NCBI GenBank assembly: GCA_017962085.1
Contig: JAGCWA010000033.1
Coordinates: 31,264-95,263, forward strand
Length of the DNA: 64,000 bases
Origin: Paludibacteraceae bacterium
GTDB taxonomy: Bacteria > Bacteroidota > Bacteroidia > Bacteroidales > Paludibacteraceae
Direction: 5' to 3'
Part shown: positions 40,001-46,318 of the stretch, piece after piece
Numbering within the stretch: position 1 is the stretch's first letter
Layout of the letters: every line of letters begins with the position of its first letter
The notes under the pieces: model-generated
Told to the model about the DNA's origin: nothing
The model's input: the letters and a program-made list of their open reading frames with translations, nothing else
The model's database searches: none
Position numbers and translations under genes: made by a program

Positions 40001-42323
40001 CGTAGCAGGCTGTTGCCATCTTTTTTGCCGGTAATTTTGGTGCCTGTGTGAAACTTGAACATCCATTGAACATCTCCTCATAGCAATAGTCGGCTAAGGT
40101 GGTTGCTGGTAATTCAGGCGCTTGTTCGAGGCTTTCGCATCCGCCGAACATGTTGAAATAGCAACCGTCACTCAAAGAGGTTGATGGTAATTTAGGCGCT
40201 TGTGTGAGGCTCTTGCAATTGTTGAACATGTATGCGTAGCAGTATTTGTTCAAATACAACGCCGGCAATTTCGGGGCTTTTGTTAGGCCTTCACAGGCGT
40301 GTAATAAATATACGAAACAATATTCGTTGGGTATCTTGACAGATTTGCCCTCAAGGTCTATGAGGCTCATCACATTCCCACTAGCCGCTATTTTGCCTTT
40401 CGTTTTGAAATATGTGTATGAGTCTTTGGTGGAGAAGCCTTCAGGATTGTACCCTCTAAGCAACATTTTGTCTCCTTTGTGCGCTAATGTGATTTCCCCT
40501 GTGGCATAAAATTTACTCCATGTTTTACCGTCGTTTGTGGAATAGTGTATGTCTGGGGTGGTGTTTTTGCTGAATAAGCTAATCGCGATGCTGTCTTCTT
40601 CAGCCGTGAAGATGAGATAGTCTCCGTCAATGCCATTCCCTTCCTCTTCGTTGATGTCTACTAATGTCCATCCTTCGGGTATTTGGCTTTGCCCGTATTC
40701 GATCTTTAAAACTTTGGGACAGTAGAATGTGCCGGTCGGGGCGACGTCTTTAACCCAACTTGTGGTAATCCGAGGAGGAAGATACCAATTCGTGAAGTGC
40801 ACTTTTATGCTTGAAAGGGATTCACATCCACTGAACATGGAATAGTAGCACTCCTGTTCCAAATTTTCCGCCGGCAGTTCCGGTGCTTGCGTAAGCTTTT
40901 TGCATCCGGAGAACATGTTTTGGTAGCAGTTGGAGGCCAATGTCGTCGCTGGCAATTCTGGGGCTTGGACGAGGCTTCCGCAATTCTTGAACATCCCATC
41001 GTAGCAACCGATTGCCAGTGTGGTGGCCGGCAGTTCCGGGGCTTGTGTGAGACTGTCACATCCATTGAACATCAATTTGTAGCACTCCTTCGCCATCGCC
41101 TTTGCAGGTAATTCCGGGGCTTGGACGAGTCTCGTGCATCCGGAGAACATGCCTTGATAACAATCCTGGGCCAGTCTCGTTGCAGGCAACTCTGGGGCTT
41201 GGACGAGATTTAGGCATATCTCGAACATCCTGTTATAACAACCGGTTGCCAGTGTGGTGGCGGGTAACACTGGGGCTTGTGTGAGGTGAATGCAGGAATA
41301 GAACATTCGCCTATAGCATTCTTCTGCCAGTGTGGTGGCTGGCAGTTCAGGTGCTTTTGTAATCCCAATACATGCAGAGAACATGGCGCTGTAGCAATTT
41401 TTTGCTAGTCGGGTTGCTGGCAGTTCTGGCGCTTCCGTCAGGCTGGTGCATAATTTGAACATAATCGAGTAGCAACTGTCCTCCAGTTGAGTCGCCGGCA
41501 ATTCTGGAGCTTTCGAAAGTTTGGCGCATCCTCTGAACATGGCGTAGTAGCATCCTTTGGCCAGTGTTGTCGCCGGCAATTCAGGCGCTTCCGTGAGGCT
41601 CACGCAACTATCGAACATGTTCGTGTAACATCCCACCTTCATAATGGTGGCAGGCAATGTCGGGGCTTTCGTGAGACTCACGCAGTTGGCGAACATGTCT
41701 GCGTAACATCCATCTTCCAATGTTGTCGCCGGCAGTTCTGGTGCTTCCGTCAGACTGGTACATCCTTTGAACATTTCAAAATAGGATTCCAAGTACATGC
41801 TTGTTGCGGGTAATTCTGGAGCTTGGACAAGACCTGTGCAACCTTTAAACATACATGCATAACACTGGGTCGTTATGGTATCTGCCGGTAATTCCGGAGC
41901 TTTCGTGAGGCTTTCGCATTTCTCGAACAATTTCCAAAAACATATATCATTAGGGATGGCGGTGGTCTTTCCGATGCTGTCAATCAGGCTCATCACGCTT
42001 CCGCTGGCGGCTATTTTGCCTCCCATTGTGAACTTTGTATATTTTTCATAATGGGTAGAGAATCCTTTGGGGTTGTTTCCCCTAAGCAGGGCTTTGTCTC
42101 CCTTGTGCGCTAAAACGACTGCCTTGTCCTCTGAGAGGTCCGTCCAGGTCTCCCCGTCATCCAGGGAGTACTGCACACTCGGATTGTTATCGCCAAACCT
42201 CTTGATACAGAAGGTGGACGAATCCTCCTCCGCCGTGAAGGTTAAGTGGTTGGCCGCACTCGCCATATAGGTGGCGCAAAACATCAAAATGAATGTCAAG
42301 AACGTTCTCATCTTCATTGCCAT
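37032..42323 (-). CDS. T9SS-sorted surface protein made of four tandem modules of 26-aa leucine-rich-type repeats (BspA/DUF285-like)
   Basis: 1763 aa. Signal peptide MAMKMRTFLTFILMFCATYMASA. 37 exact 26-aa units with consensus ELPATTLAxxCYxxMFxGCTSLTQAP. C-terminal 67 aa resemble a type-A T9SS CTD (VSLYDPSGRLIS...GIYFVRANGKTLTTTVR). Confidence 0.85.
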   Translation of the reverse strand: MAMKMRTFLTFILMFCATYMASAANHLTFTAEEDSSTFCIKRFGDNNPSVQYSLDDGETWTDLSEDKAVVLAHKGDKALLRGNNPKGFSTHYEKYTKFTMGGKIAASGSVMSLIDSIGKTTAIPNDICFWKLFEKCESLTKAPELPADTITTQCYACMFKGCTGLVQAPELPATSMYLESYFEMFKGCTSLTEAPELPATTLEDGCYADMFANCVSLTKAPTLPATIMKVGCYTNMFDSCVSLTEAPELPATTLAKGCYYAMFRGCAKLSKAPELPATQLEDSCYSIMFKLCTSLTEAPELPATRLAKNCYSAMFSACIGITKAPELPATTLAEECYRRMFYSCIHLTQAPVLPATTLATGCYNRMFEICLNLVQAPELPATRLAQDCYQGMFSGCTRLVQAPELPAKAMAKECYKLMFNGCDSLTQAPELPATTLAIGCYDGMFKNCGSLVQAPELPATTLASNCYQNMFSGCKKLTQAPELPAENLEQECYYSMFSGCESLSSIKVHFTNWYLPPRITTSWVKDVAPTGTFYCPKVLKIEYGQSQIPEGWTLVDINEEEGNGIDGDYLIFTAEEDSIAISLFSKNTTPDIHYSTNDGKTWSKFYATGEITLAHKGDKMLLRGYNPEGFSTKDSYTYFKTKGKIAASGNVMSLIDLEGKSVKIPNEYCFVYLLHACEGLTKAPKLPALYLNKYCYAYMFNNCKSLTQAPKLPSTSLSDGCYFNMFGGCESLEQAPELPATTLADYCYEEMFNGCSSFTQAPKLPAKKMATACYANMFSRCTSLTQAPELPATTLAEKCYEHMFYGCTNLTQAPELPVTTLANSCYSCMFGYCSSLTQAPELPATTLTNSCYSHMFSNCTSLTKAPELPAMALAQSCYFDMFANCTSLTQAPKLPAVVMEYHCYDYMFLRCTGLTEAPELPARALAAGCYQSMFLGCTSLTQAPELPAMNLKSDCYKSMFYGCSSLSKIKVNLLDWSKKDETVLNTTEWVSDVAPTGTFVCGKSLAIEYGVSQIPEGWTIVIEEPETNYLTFTAEEDSSSFGIKNYGGNNPNIEYSTDGGETWIPLTNEQVTLAHKGDKVLLRGDNPTGLSSDKNTYTGFTMSGKIAASGSVMSLLDYYGTSTTIPNDYCFLRLFLECESLTQAPELPATTLDDYCYYAMFFGCTSLMQAPELPATTLASSCYLSMFGGCTSLTQAPELPAITLAKNCYENMFNNCTSLTQAPELPATSLSTDCYNFMFNGCTSLTQAPELPATNLENKCYYYMFNGCESLSSIKVHFTDWILSSKSTLSWVKDVAPTGTFICPESLPLGYGENLIPEGWEIKYIGKEEKEVFETNYLTFTAEEDSSSFGIENVGDNYPDIQYSIDGGETWQDLTIFKTVTLEHKGDKAMLRGNNTQGFSKQNNKYTRFTMTGKIAASGSVMSLIYYLKEANLIPADYCFAYLFSECESLTQAPELPAKALANNCYQDMFYKCTNLTQAPELSATTLAESCYKYMFTDCLGLTQAPELQATTLANNCYERMFVGCTKLSQAPELPATSLASYCYEYMFASCTSLTQAPELPATTLANNCYENMFYKCTSLTQAPELPATSMASSCYEGMFANCTSLTEAPELPATDLSSHCYRSMFEGCTNLSEINVAFDSWYYYYTAVTESWVKNVAPTGTFICPESLPVQTGKDRIPEGWIIKHKEEVGVGTTTSDGIAVWSDGLTIFIRNAEGKVSLYDPSGRLISVSTGTAGETRSLYVPSQGIYFVRANGKTLTTTVR
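37035..37235 (-). other. Type-A T9SS C-terminal sorting domain of the repeat protein
   Basis: SDGIAVWSDGLTIFIRNAEGKVSLYDPSGRLISVSTGTAGETRSLYVPSQGIYFVRANGKTLTTTVR. This has the typical [IV]YD..GR and G.Y.V....G strands at the extreme C-terminus. Confidence 0.65.
37236..38321 (-). repeat. Module 4 (aa 1335-1696): head + 7 x 26-aa units + cap
   Basis: Head TNYLTFTAEEDSSSFGIENVGDNYP. Cap EINVAFDSW...WVKNVAPTGTFICPESLP...IPEGW. Confidence 0.8.
38322..39245 (-). repeat. Module 3 (aa 1027-1334): head + 5 x 26-aa units + cap
   Basis: Head TNYLTFTAEEDSSSFGIKNYGGNNP. Cap SIKVHFTDW...WVKDVAPTGTFICPESLP...IPEGW. Confidence 0.8.
39246..40622 (-). repeat. Module 2 (aa 568-1026): head + 11 x 26-aa units + cap
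   Basis: Head DYLIFTAEEDSIAI. Cap KIKVNLLDW...WVSDVAPTGTFVCG...IPEGW. Confidence 0.8.
40623..42254 (-). repeat. Module 1 (aa 24-567): head + 14 x 26-aa units + cap
   Basis: The head starts NHLTFTAEEDSSTF. The cap reads SIKVHFTNW...WVKDVAPTGTFYCP...IPEGW. Hand counting of all modules sums exactly to 1763 aa. Confidence 0.8.
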
Positions 42324-42427
42324 ATCTGTTTTTGTTTGATTAATTCATTCATGTTACACATCCCATTAGTTGCAAAGGACAGATAGCCAGTCGGTTGATG
42401 GAATATTTGTCCGTTTGAAATATTTTC

Positions 42428-42435
42428 CAAATATA
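42428..42435 (-). promoter_or_regulatory. -7 box TATATTTG, candidate promoter of the repeat-protein gene
   Basis: Minus strand TATATTTG, about 105 nt upstream of the ATG at 42323. Confidence 0.35.
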
Positions 42436-42693
42436 CAATTTTTTGTTGGATTGGTCAAAAAAACGCTTCCATTTGCTTCCCCCATGGTCCTGTTTTGGGA
42501 CAGATGGAGCCCTCCAACGTGGCGCACAGAAAGGGGTGGGGGACATTCCCGGGACGGCTTATTGATGCTACCGATTAATCCTTCGTTGGTAAATTTTTCC
42601 CTATACTTGCTTTTAATCTTATGATAAATGACTATCTTAGCACGATTTTTAACCATAATGTAAACGAATAACTAAAAAAATAAGGAATATAGT

Positions 42694-44397
42694 ATGGAAG
42701 AGAAGACCAAAGGTGCGTGGAAAATCAAGACGCTCCTCTCTATCGCAGGTAAGATGCAGTGGAGAAAATTGGACAAGGCCGCCAAGGATTGTAAGAAAGC
42801 GCAAGAGAAAACGCTGAGAGGTATTTTGGAATATGCGAAGGATTCCGTTTATGGTAAGGAACACAACTTCGCCAAGATATTGGAAGCGAAGAGCGCTGAC
42901 GAGTTGTTCAAACTCTATGAGGAAAACGTGAAGTCTAACGACTACGAGGATTTCCGCCCATACGTGGAGCGTCACAAACATGGTGAGGAGAACGTGCTCT
43001 TCCCTGGCAAACCTAAGATGTACGCCACCACTTCCGGTACGACCAGCGAGCCTAAGTGGATTCCTATCACGAACGAATATTACTCCAACGTATATAGCAA
43101 GATGACGAAGGTGTGGCTCTACTCCTTCATCAAGAACCGCCCGAAGACTTTCGACGGACAGATCGTTTCCATCGTAGGCAAGGCCATCGAGGGTGCCGCT
43201 CCGGACGGAACGGTGTACGGCTCCGTTTCAGGTGTGACGCAACGTGACTGCCCTGAGTTCATCAAGGTGGCTTACACGGCCCCTGCGGATGTCTTCACCA
43301 TCTCGGATTACAAGGCGCGCTACTATTGCATCATGCGTTTGGGTATCGAGCACAATGTGCACTTGATCGTGACCGCAAACCCTTCCACTATCGTGGAGAT
43401 GCAGAACAACGTGAACGAGTTCTACGACGATTACGTGGATGATATCGAGAAGGGTACCATCAGCGCTAAGATCAATATCCCTGAAGAGGTTAGACAAAAC
43501 ATCATCAAGGGCAAGAACCTGCAGCCAAACCCTGAGCGTGCGAAGGAACTCCGCGCGTTGAAGGAGAAGTACGGCATCGTGTTGCCTAAGCACTATTGGC
43601 CTAACATGCAGATCCTGAACACTTGGAAGTGCGGTAACACGAAGTTCTATTTGGAGAAGTTCAAGGATTCCTTCCCTAAGGATATGATGCACTTGGAGTT
43701 CAGCTACTTCTCTTCCGAGTGCCGCGCCGGATTGGTGTTGGACGATACGACCGGTACGGTCCTCTTCCCTCACATGCACTATTTCGAGTTCGTGGAGAAG
43801 AGTGATCTTGAGAACCCTAACCCTAAGTTCCTGCGTCTGCATGAGCTGGAGGTTGGCAAGCAATATTGCCCATACGTGACGACATGGGCGGGTCTCTACC
43901 GTTATACGATGAGCGACTTGCTAGAGGTGGAGGGCTTCTACGGAACCATCCCTAAGGTTCACATGGTACAGAAGATCAACGGTATCGTGACGATGACGGG
44001 TGAAAAACTGCACGAGACTCAGTTCACGGGCGCTGTCGAGGAGGCTGCGAAGGAGTTGAACATGCCAGTTAAGTTCTTCATCGGTTTCGCCGACCTGAGC
44101 GTTTCCGCTTACCACTTCTACTACGAGTTCGAGAACCAGGATACTACGCAGGAGCAGGCTGAGGCGTTCACTAAATTGGTGGACGACAAGCTGAAGCAGC
44201 GCAACATGGAGTATCAGGCTAAGCGTGACTCCTTGCGTGTGCACGACCCGATCACGCACATGCTCGTTCCTGAATCGTTCGAGAAGTTCAAGGCACGTTG
44301 CATCGAAGAGGGTGCCCGCGACGGACAGTTCAAGCTGAACTTGCTGTTGCAGGATGAGAACCGTCATGCTAAATTCAAAGACCTCGTTAAGAAATAA
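42694..44397 (+). CDS. GH3-family (acyl-acid amido synthetase-like, adenylate-forming) protein
   Basis: 567 aa. NDYEDFRPYVERHKHGEENVLFPGKPKMYATTSGTTSEPKWIPIT matches the conserved N-terminal block of bacterial GH3 auxin-responsive-promoter-family proteins. The YGSVSG motif is also present. Confidence 0.82.
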   Translation: MEEKTKGAWKIKTLLSIAGKMQWRKLDKAAKDCKKAQEKTLRGILEYAKDSVYGKEHNFAKILEAKSADELFKLYEENVKSNDYEDFRPYVERHKHGEENVLFPGKPKMYATTSGTTSEPKWIPITNEYYSNVYSKMTKVWLYSFIKNRPKTFDGQIVSIVGKAIEGAAPDGTVYGSVSGVTQRDCPEFIKVAYTAPADVFTISDYKARYYCIMRLGIEHNVHLIVTANPSTIVEMQNNVNEFYDDYVDDIEKGTISAKINIPEEVRQNIIKGKNLQPNPERAKELRALKEKYGIVLPKHYWPNMQILNTWKCGNTKFYLEKFKDSFPKDMMHLEFSYFSSECRAGLVLDDTTGTVLFPHMHYFEFVEKSDLENPNPKFLRLHELEVGKQYCPYVTTWAGLYRYTMSDLLEVEGFYGTIPKVHMVQKINGIVTMTGEKLHETQFTGAVEEAAKELNMPVKFFIGFADLSVSAYHFYYEFENQDTTQEQAEAFTKLVDDKLKQRNMEYQAKRDSLRVHDPITHMLVPESFEKFKARCIEEGARDGQFKLNLLLQDENRHAKFKDLVKK

Positions 44398-45092
44398 TGG
44401 TGAAGATTGATTGGTCGAGAGTGAAGGCGGTTGTCTTCGATTTCGACGGCACATTATACGACAAGAAGAATTATCCTCTATACCTGATTCTGGCGAATCC
44501 GCTGGACATCTGCAAGGTGGGTGCCGAGCGTTCTGTGCGGAAAGGGATGAAGGACAAGGATTTCGAGACTGCGGAGAATTTCGACCAGGCCTTTTTCCAA
44601 CAATTGGCCGAAAGACAGAAACAGTCCGTCGAAAAGGCCAAGGCGTGGTACAACGAAGCCTATTTGGGACGCTTCTTGAAGGTCCTGAAGAAGCATTACC
44701 ATGCTCAGCCTAGGGTGGACGAGCTCTTGGCGAAGCTCCGTGACCGTGACGTGAAGACGGCAGTCTTTTCGGATTACCAGCGTACGGAGGAGCGCATGGA
44801 GGCTGTGGGTCTTTCCCCTTCGGATTTCGACTTCTGTTTCAGTGCTCCTGACATGGGTGCGTTGAAGCCGGCTCCTCGCCTGATGTGGGAGATTCTTTCC
44901 CAGATGGATGTGGATGGTCCTGAGATCCTTGTGGTCGGTGACCGAACCGATACGGACGGTGTTTCCGCCTTGGTGGTGGATGGACAGTTCGCCCAAATCG
45001 TCAGGAAAAAACCGGAAGAGGAGGTCACCACACATGCTGTCATGCTTTGGGACGAGTTCGTGGAGGAAGCCATGAACGTTCCGATGGGATGA
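44397..45092 (+). CDS. HAD-superfamily hydrolase (phosphatase-like)
   Basis: 231 aa. Motif I VVFDFDGTLYD and motif IV VVGDRTDTDG. The start overlaps the GH3 stop by 1 nt (TAATG at 44395-44399). Confidence 0.82.
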   Translation: MVKIDWSRVKAVVFDFDGTLYDKKNYPLYLILANPLDICKVGAERSVRKGMKDKDFETAENFDQAFFQQLAERQKQSVEKAKAWYNEAYLGRFLKVLKKHYHAQPRVDELLAKLRDRDVKTAVFSDYQRTEERMEAVGLSPSDFDFCFSAPDMGALKPAPRLMWEILSQMDVDGPEILVVGDRTDTDGVSALVVDGQFAQIVRKKPEEEVTTHAVMLWDEFVEEAMNVPMG

Positions 45093-45117
45093 TTCTTATT
45101 GAGATTGACTAATTACA

Positions 45118-45151
45118 AGGCGGATGCGTTGTGTGTCCGCCTTTTTATTTT
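45118..45151 (+). terminator. Rho-independent terminator after the HAD gene
   Basis: AGGCGGA (45118-45124) / TCCGCCT (45136-45142), an 11-nt loop, then TTTTATTTT. Confidence 0.7.
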
Positions 45152-45197
45152 CTTGAAAAAAAATCTATTAAAGTGTGGAATTTTTTACTTTATTTCA

Positions 45198-45205
45198 TAA
45201 TTTTG
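45198..45205 (+). promoter_or_regulatory. -7 box TAATTTTG upstream of the acetyltransferase gene
   Basis: Matches TAnnTTTG followed by CA, 58 nt upstream of the ATG at 45263. Confidence 0.4.
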
Positions 45206-45262
45206 CATATGATGTGTTGCGACAAATGAAATTTATTGTAATTATATAATTATTAGGTTGTT

Positions 45263-45973
45263 ATGTTGGATCCCAGTGAACAGATTAATAGTAAGGAAAG
45301 GTATAAATTTTACAAGCAGGCGGATATCGTCGCTTATTCAGTTTATCCTACTTTTAAAGGGAAGTTGCGTGCGTTAGTGATGGATTTCAGTTATCGTTAT
45401 TCGCGCGTGTTGAGGCGATATGAATATGTGAAGAACTGTAAGAAGGGGGTGTTGGGACGTTTGGAACTGTTCTTTATTGTGTTCATATTTAGACGTTTAA
45501 TGTTCCAGACGTGTTATCGTGTCCCGCCTAATGTGTTAGCCCCTGGCTGTTGTCTCCATGGTTTGGGCCCTATCACTATTAATCGAGGGGCAAGTATCGG
45601 AGAAAACACACGTATCCATGTGGGGGTCCATATCGGCCCGAAGGGTGGCTATGCGAATGCTGCACCTAAAATCGGGAAAAATTGTTACTTGGGTCCTGGG
45701 TCGAAATTGTTCGGTGATATTACCCTCTCTGACTGTACGGCGGTTGGAGCCAACTCGGTTGTGACCAAAAGTTGCGAGAAGAGCAATGTGCTATTGGTCG
45801 GTGCGCCTGCCACTGTGAAAAGAGAGGACTTGGATGTGTTCAGTCTCATCATTCCTTCCACCCTGATTGCCCGGTTGGATCCGGAGGAGAGGCGTGCCAT
45901 CTCCCGTAGGCCATCCCTTGAGGTGAAGAAATACCTTGTGGAGAAGGGCTATCTGGAGGAATTTAAGAGTTAA
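45263..45973 (+). CDS. Hexapeptide-repeat (left-handed beta-helix) O-acetyltransferase, serine/sugar acetyltransferase-like
   Basis: 236 aa. The N-terminal helical region (FSYRYSRVLRRYEYVKN) is typical of polysaccharide-locus SAT-like enzymes. Hexapeptide region GPITINRGASIGENTRIHVGVHIG...PKIGKNCYLGPGSKLFGDITLSDCTAVGANSVV. Confidence 0.8.
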   Translation: MLDPSEQINSKERYKFYKQADIVAYSVYPTFKGKLRALVMDFSYRYSRVLRRYEYVKNCKKGVLGRLELFFIVFIFRRLMFQTCYRVPPNVLAPGCCLHGLGPITINRGASIGENTRIHVGVHIGPKGGYANAAPKIGKNCYLGPGSKLFGDITLSDCTAVGANSVVTKSCEKSNVLLVGAPATVKREDLDVFSLIIPSTLIARLDPEERRAISRRPSLEVKKYLVEKGYLEEFKS

Positions 45974-45994
45974 GAGTTGAGGTGTGACGTAAAC

Positions 45995-46031
45995 AAAAAA
46001 AGGTTGAATGCTAAGCATCCAACCTTTTTTT
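45995..46031. terminator. Bidirectional terminator shared by the acetyltransferase gene (+) and tRNA-Asp (-)
   Basis: A7 run, hairpin GGTTGAATGC-TAA-GCATCCAACC (one mismatch), T7 run. It lies directly 3' of both convergent genes. Confidence 0.7.
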
Positions 46032-46032
46032 G

Positions 46033-46106
46033 CGGTGCGGACGGGACTCGAACCCGTGACCCCATGCGTGACAGGCATGTATTCTAACCAGCTGAACTAC
46101 CGTACC
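46033..46106 (-). tRNA. tRNA-Asp (anticodon GTC)
   Basis: 74 nt. Minus strand GGTACGGTAGTTCAGCTGGTTAGAATACATGCCTGTCACGCATGGGGTCACGGGTTCGAGTCCCGTCCGCACCG. Anticodon stem CATGC/GCATG with loop CTGTCAC. T arm ACGGGTTCGAGTCCCGT. The acceptor stem has one A-C mismatch at pair 4-69. Confidence 0.88.
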
Positions 46107-46136
46107 AATCACATCGGGTATTTCCCAAATGCGGTG

Positions 46137-46144
46137 CAAAGGTA
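46137..46144 (-). promoter_or_regulatory. -7 box TACCTTTG plus GCACCGCA for tRNA-Asp
   Basis: The minus strand reads TACCTTTGCACCGCATTTGGGAAATACC, 30 nt upstream of the tRNA 5' end. Confidence 0.55.
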
Positions 46145-46289
46145 GTGTTTAAATTTTAATGTGCAATGCTTTTGCCCTCTTTTTTCTTTGGTGCGCATGT
46201 TTTTTTCGCGTGTGGGCTAATATCCATGCGGAATTTTGTTTGTTAATACTTTGTCGTGGAGTTTTTTAGCCTTATAAGTGAATTATTTG

Positions 46290-46297
46290 TAGATTTG
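46290..46297 (+). promoter_or_regulatory. -7 box TAGATTTG upstream of the SGNH-SGNH-MBOAT operon
   Basis: TAGATTTGCA, 22 nt upstream of the ATG at 46319. Confidence 0.4.
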
Positions 46298-46318
46298 CAT
46301 TTGTAAAAATGTATTTTG

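Noticed and set aside
37032-42323. Regular 78-bp periodicity with a conserved core of about 23 nt, superficially CRISPR-like
   Set aside because: The periodic units lie in one open 1763-aa frame and encode a 26-aa protein repeat. There are no unique spacers, no leader and no cas genes.
42349-42656. Small ORFs on both strands (65-96 aa) in the repeat-protein/GH3 divergent intergenic region
   Set aside because: They overlap one another mutually and have no motifs. The region contains promoter-like boxes, so it is treated as regulatory, with a possible structured element noted separately.
45791-46078. 95-aa minus-strand ORF (MPVTHGVTGSSPVRTAKKG...)
   Set aside because: It is a translation through tRNA-Asp and the bidirectional terminator. 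GSSPVR-type peptides are the classic artefact of reading a tRNA T-arm.
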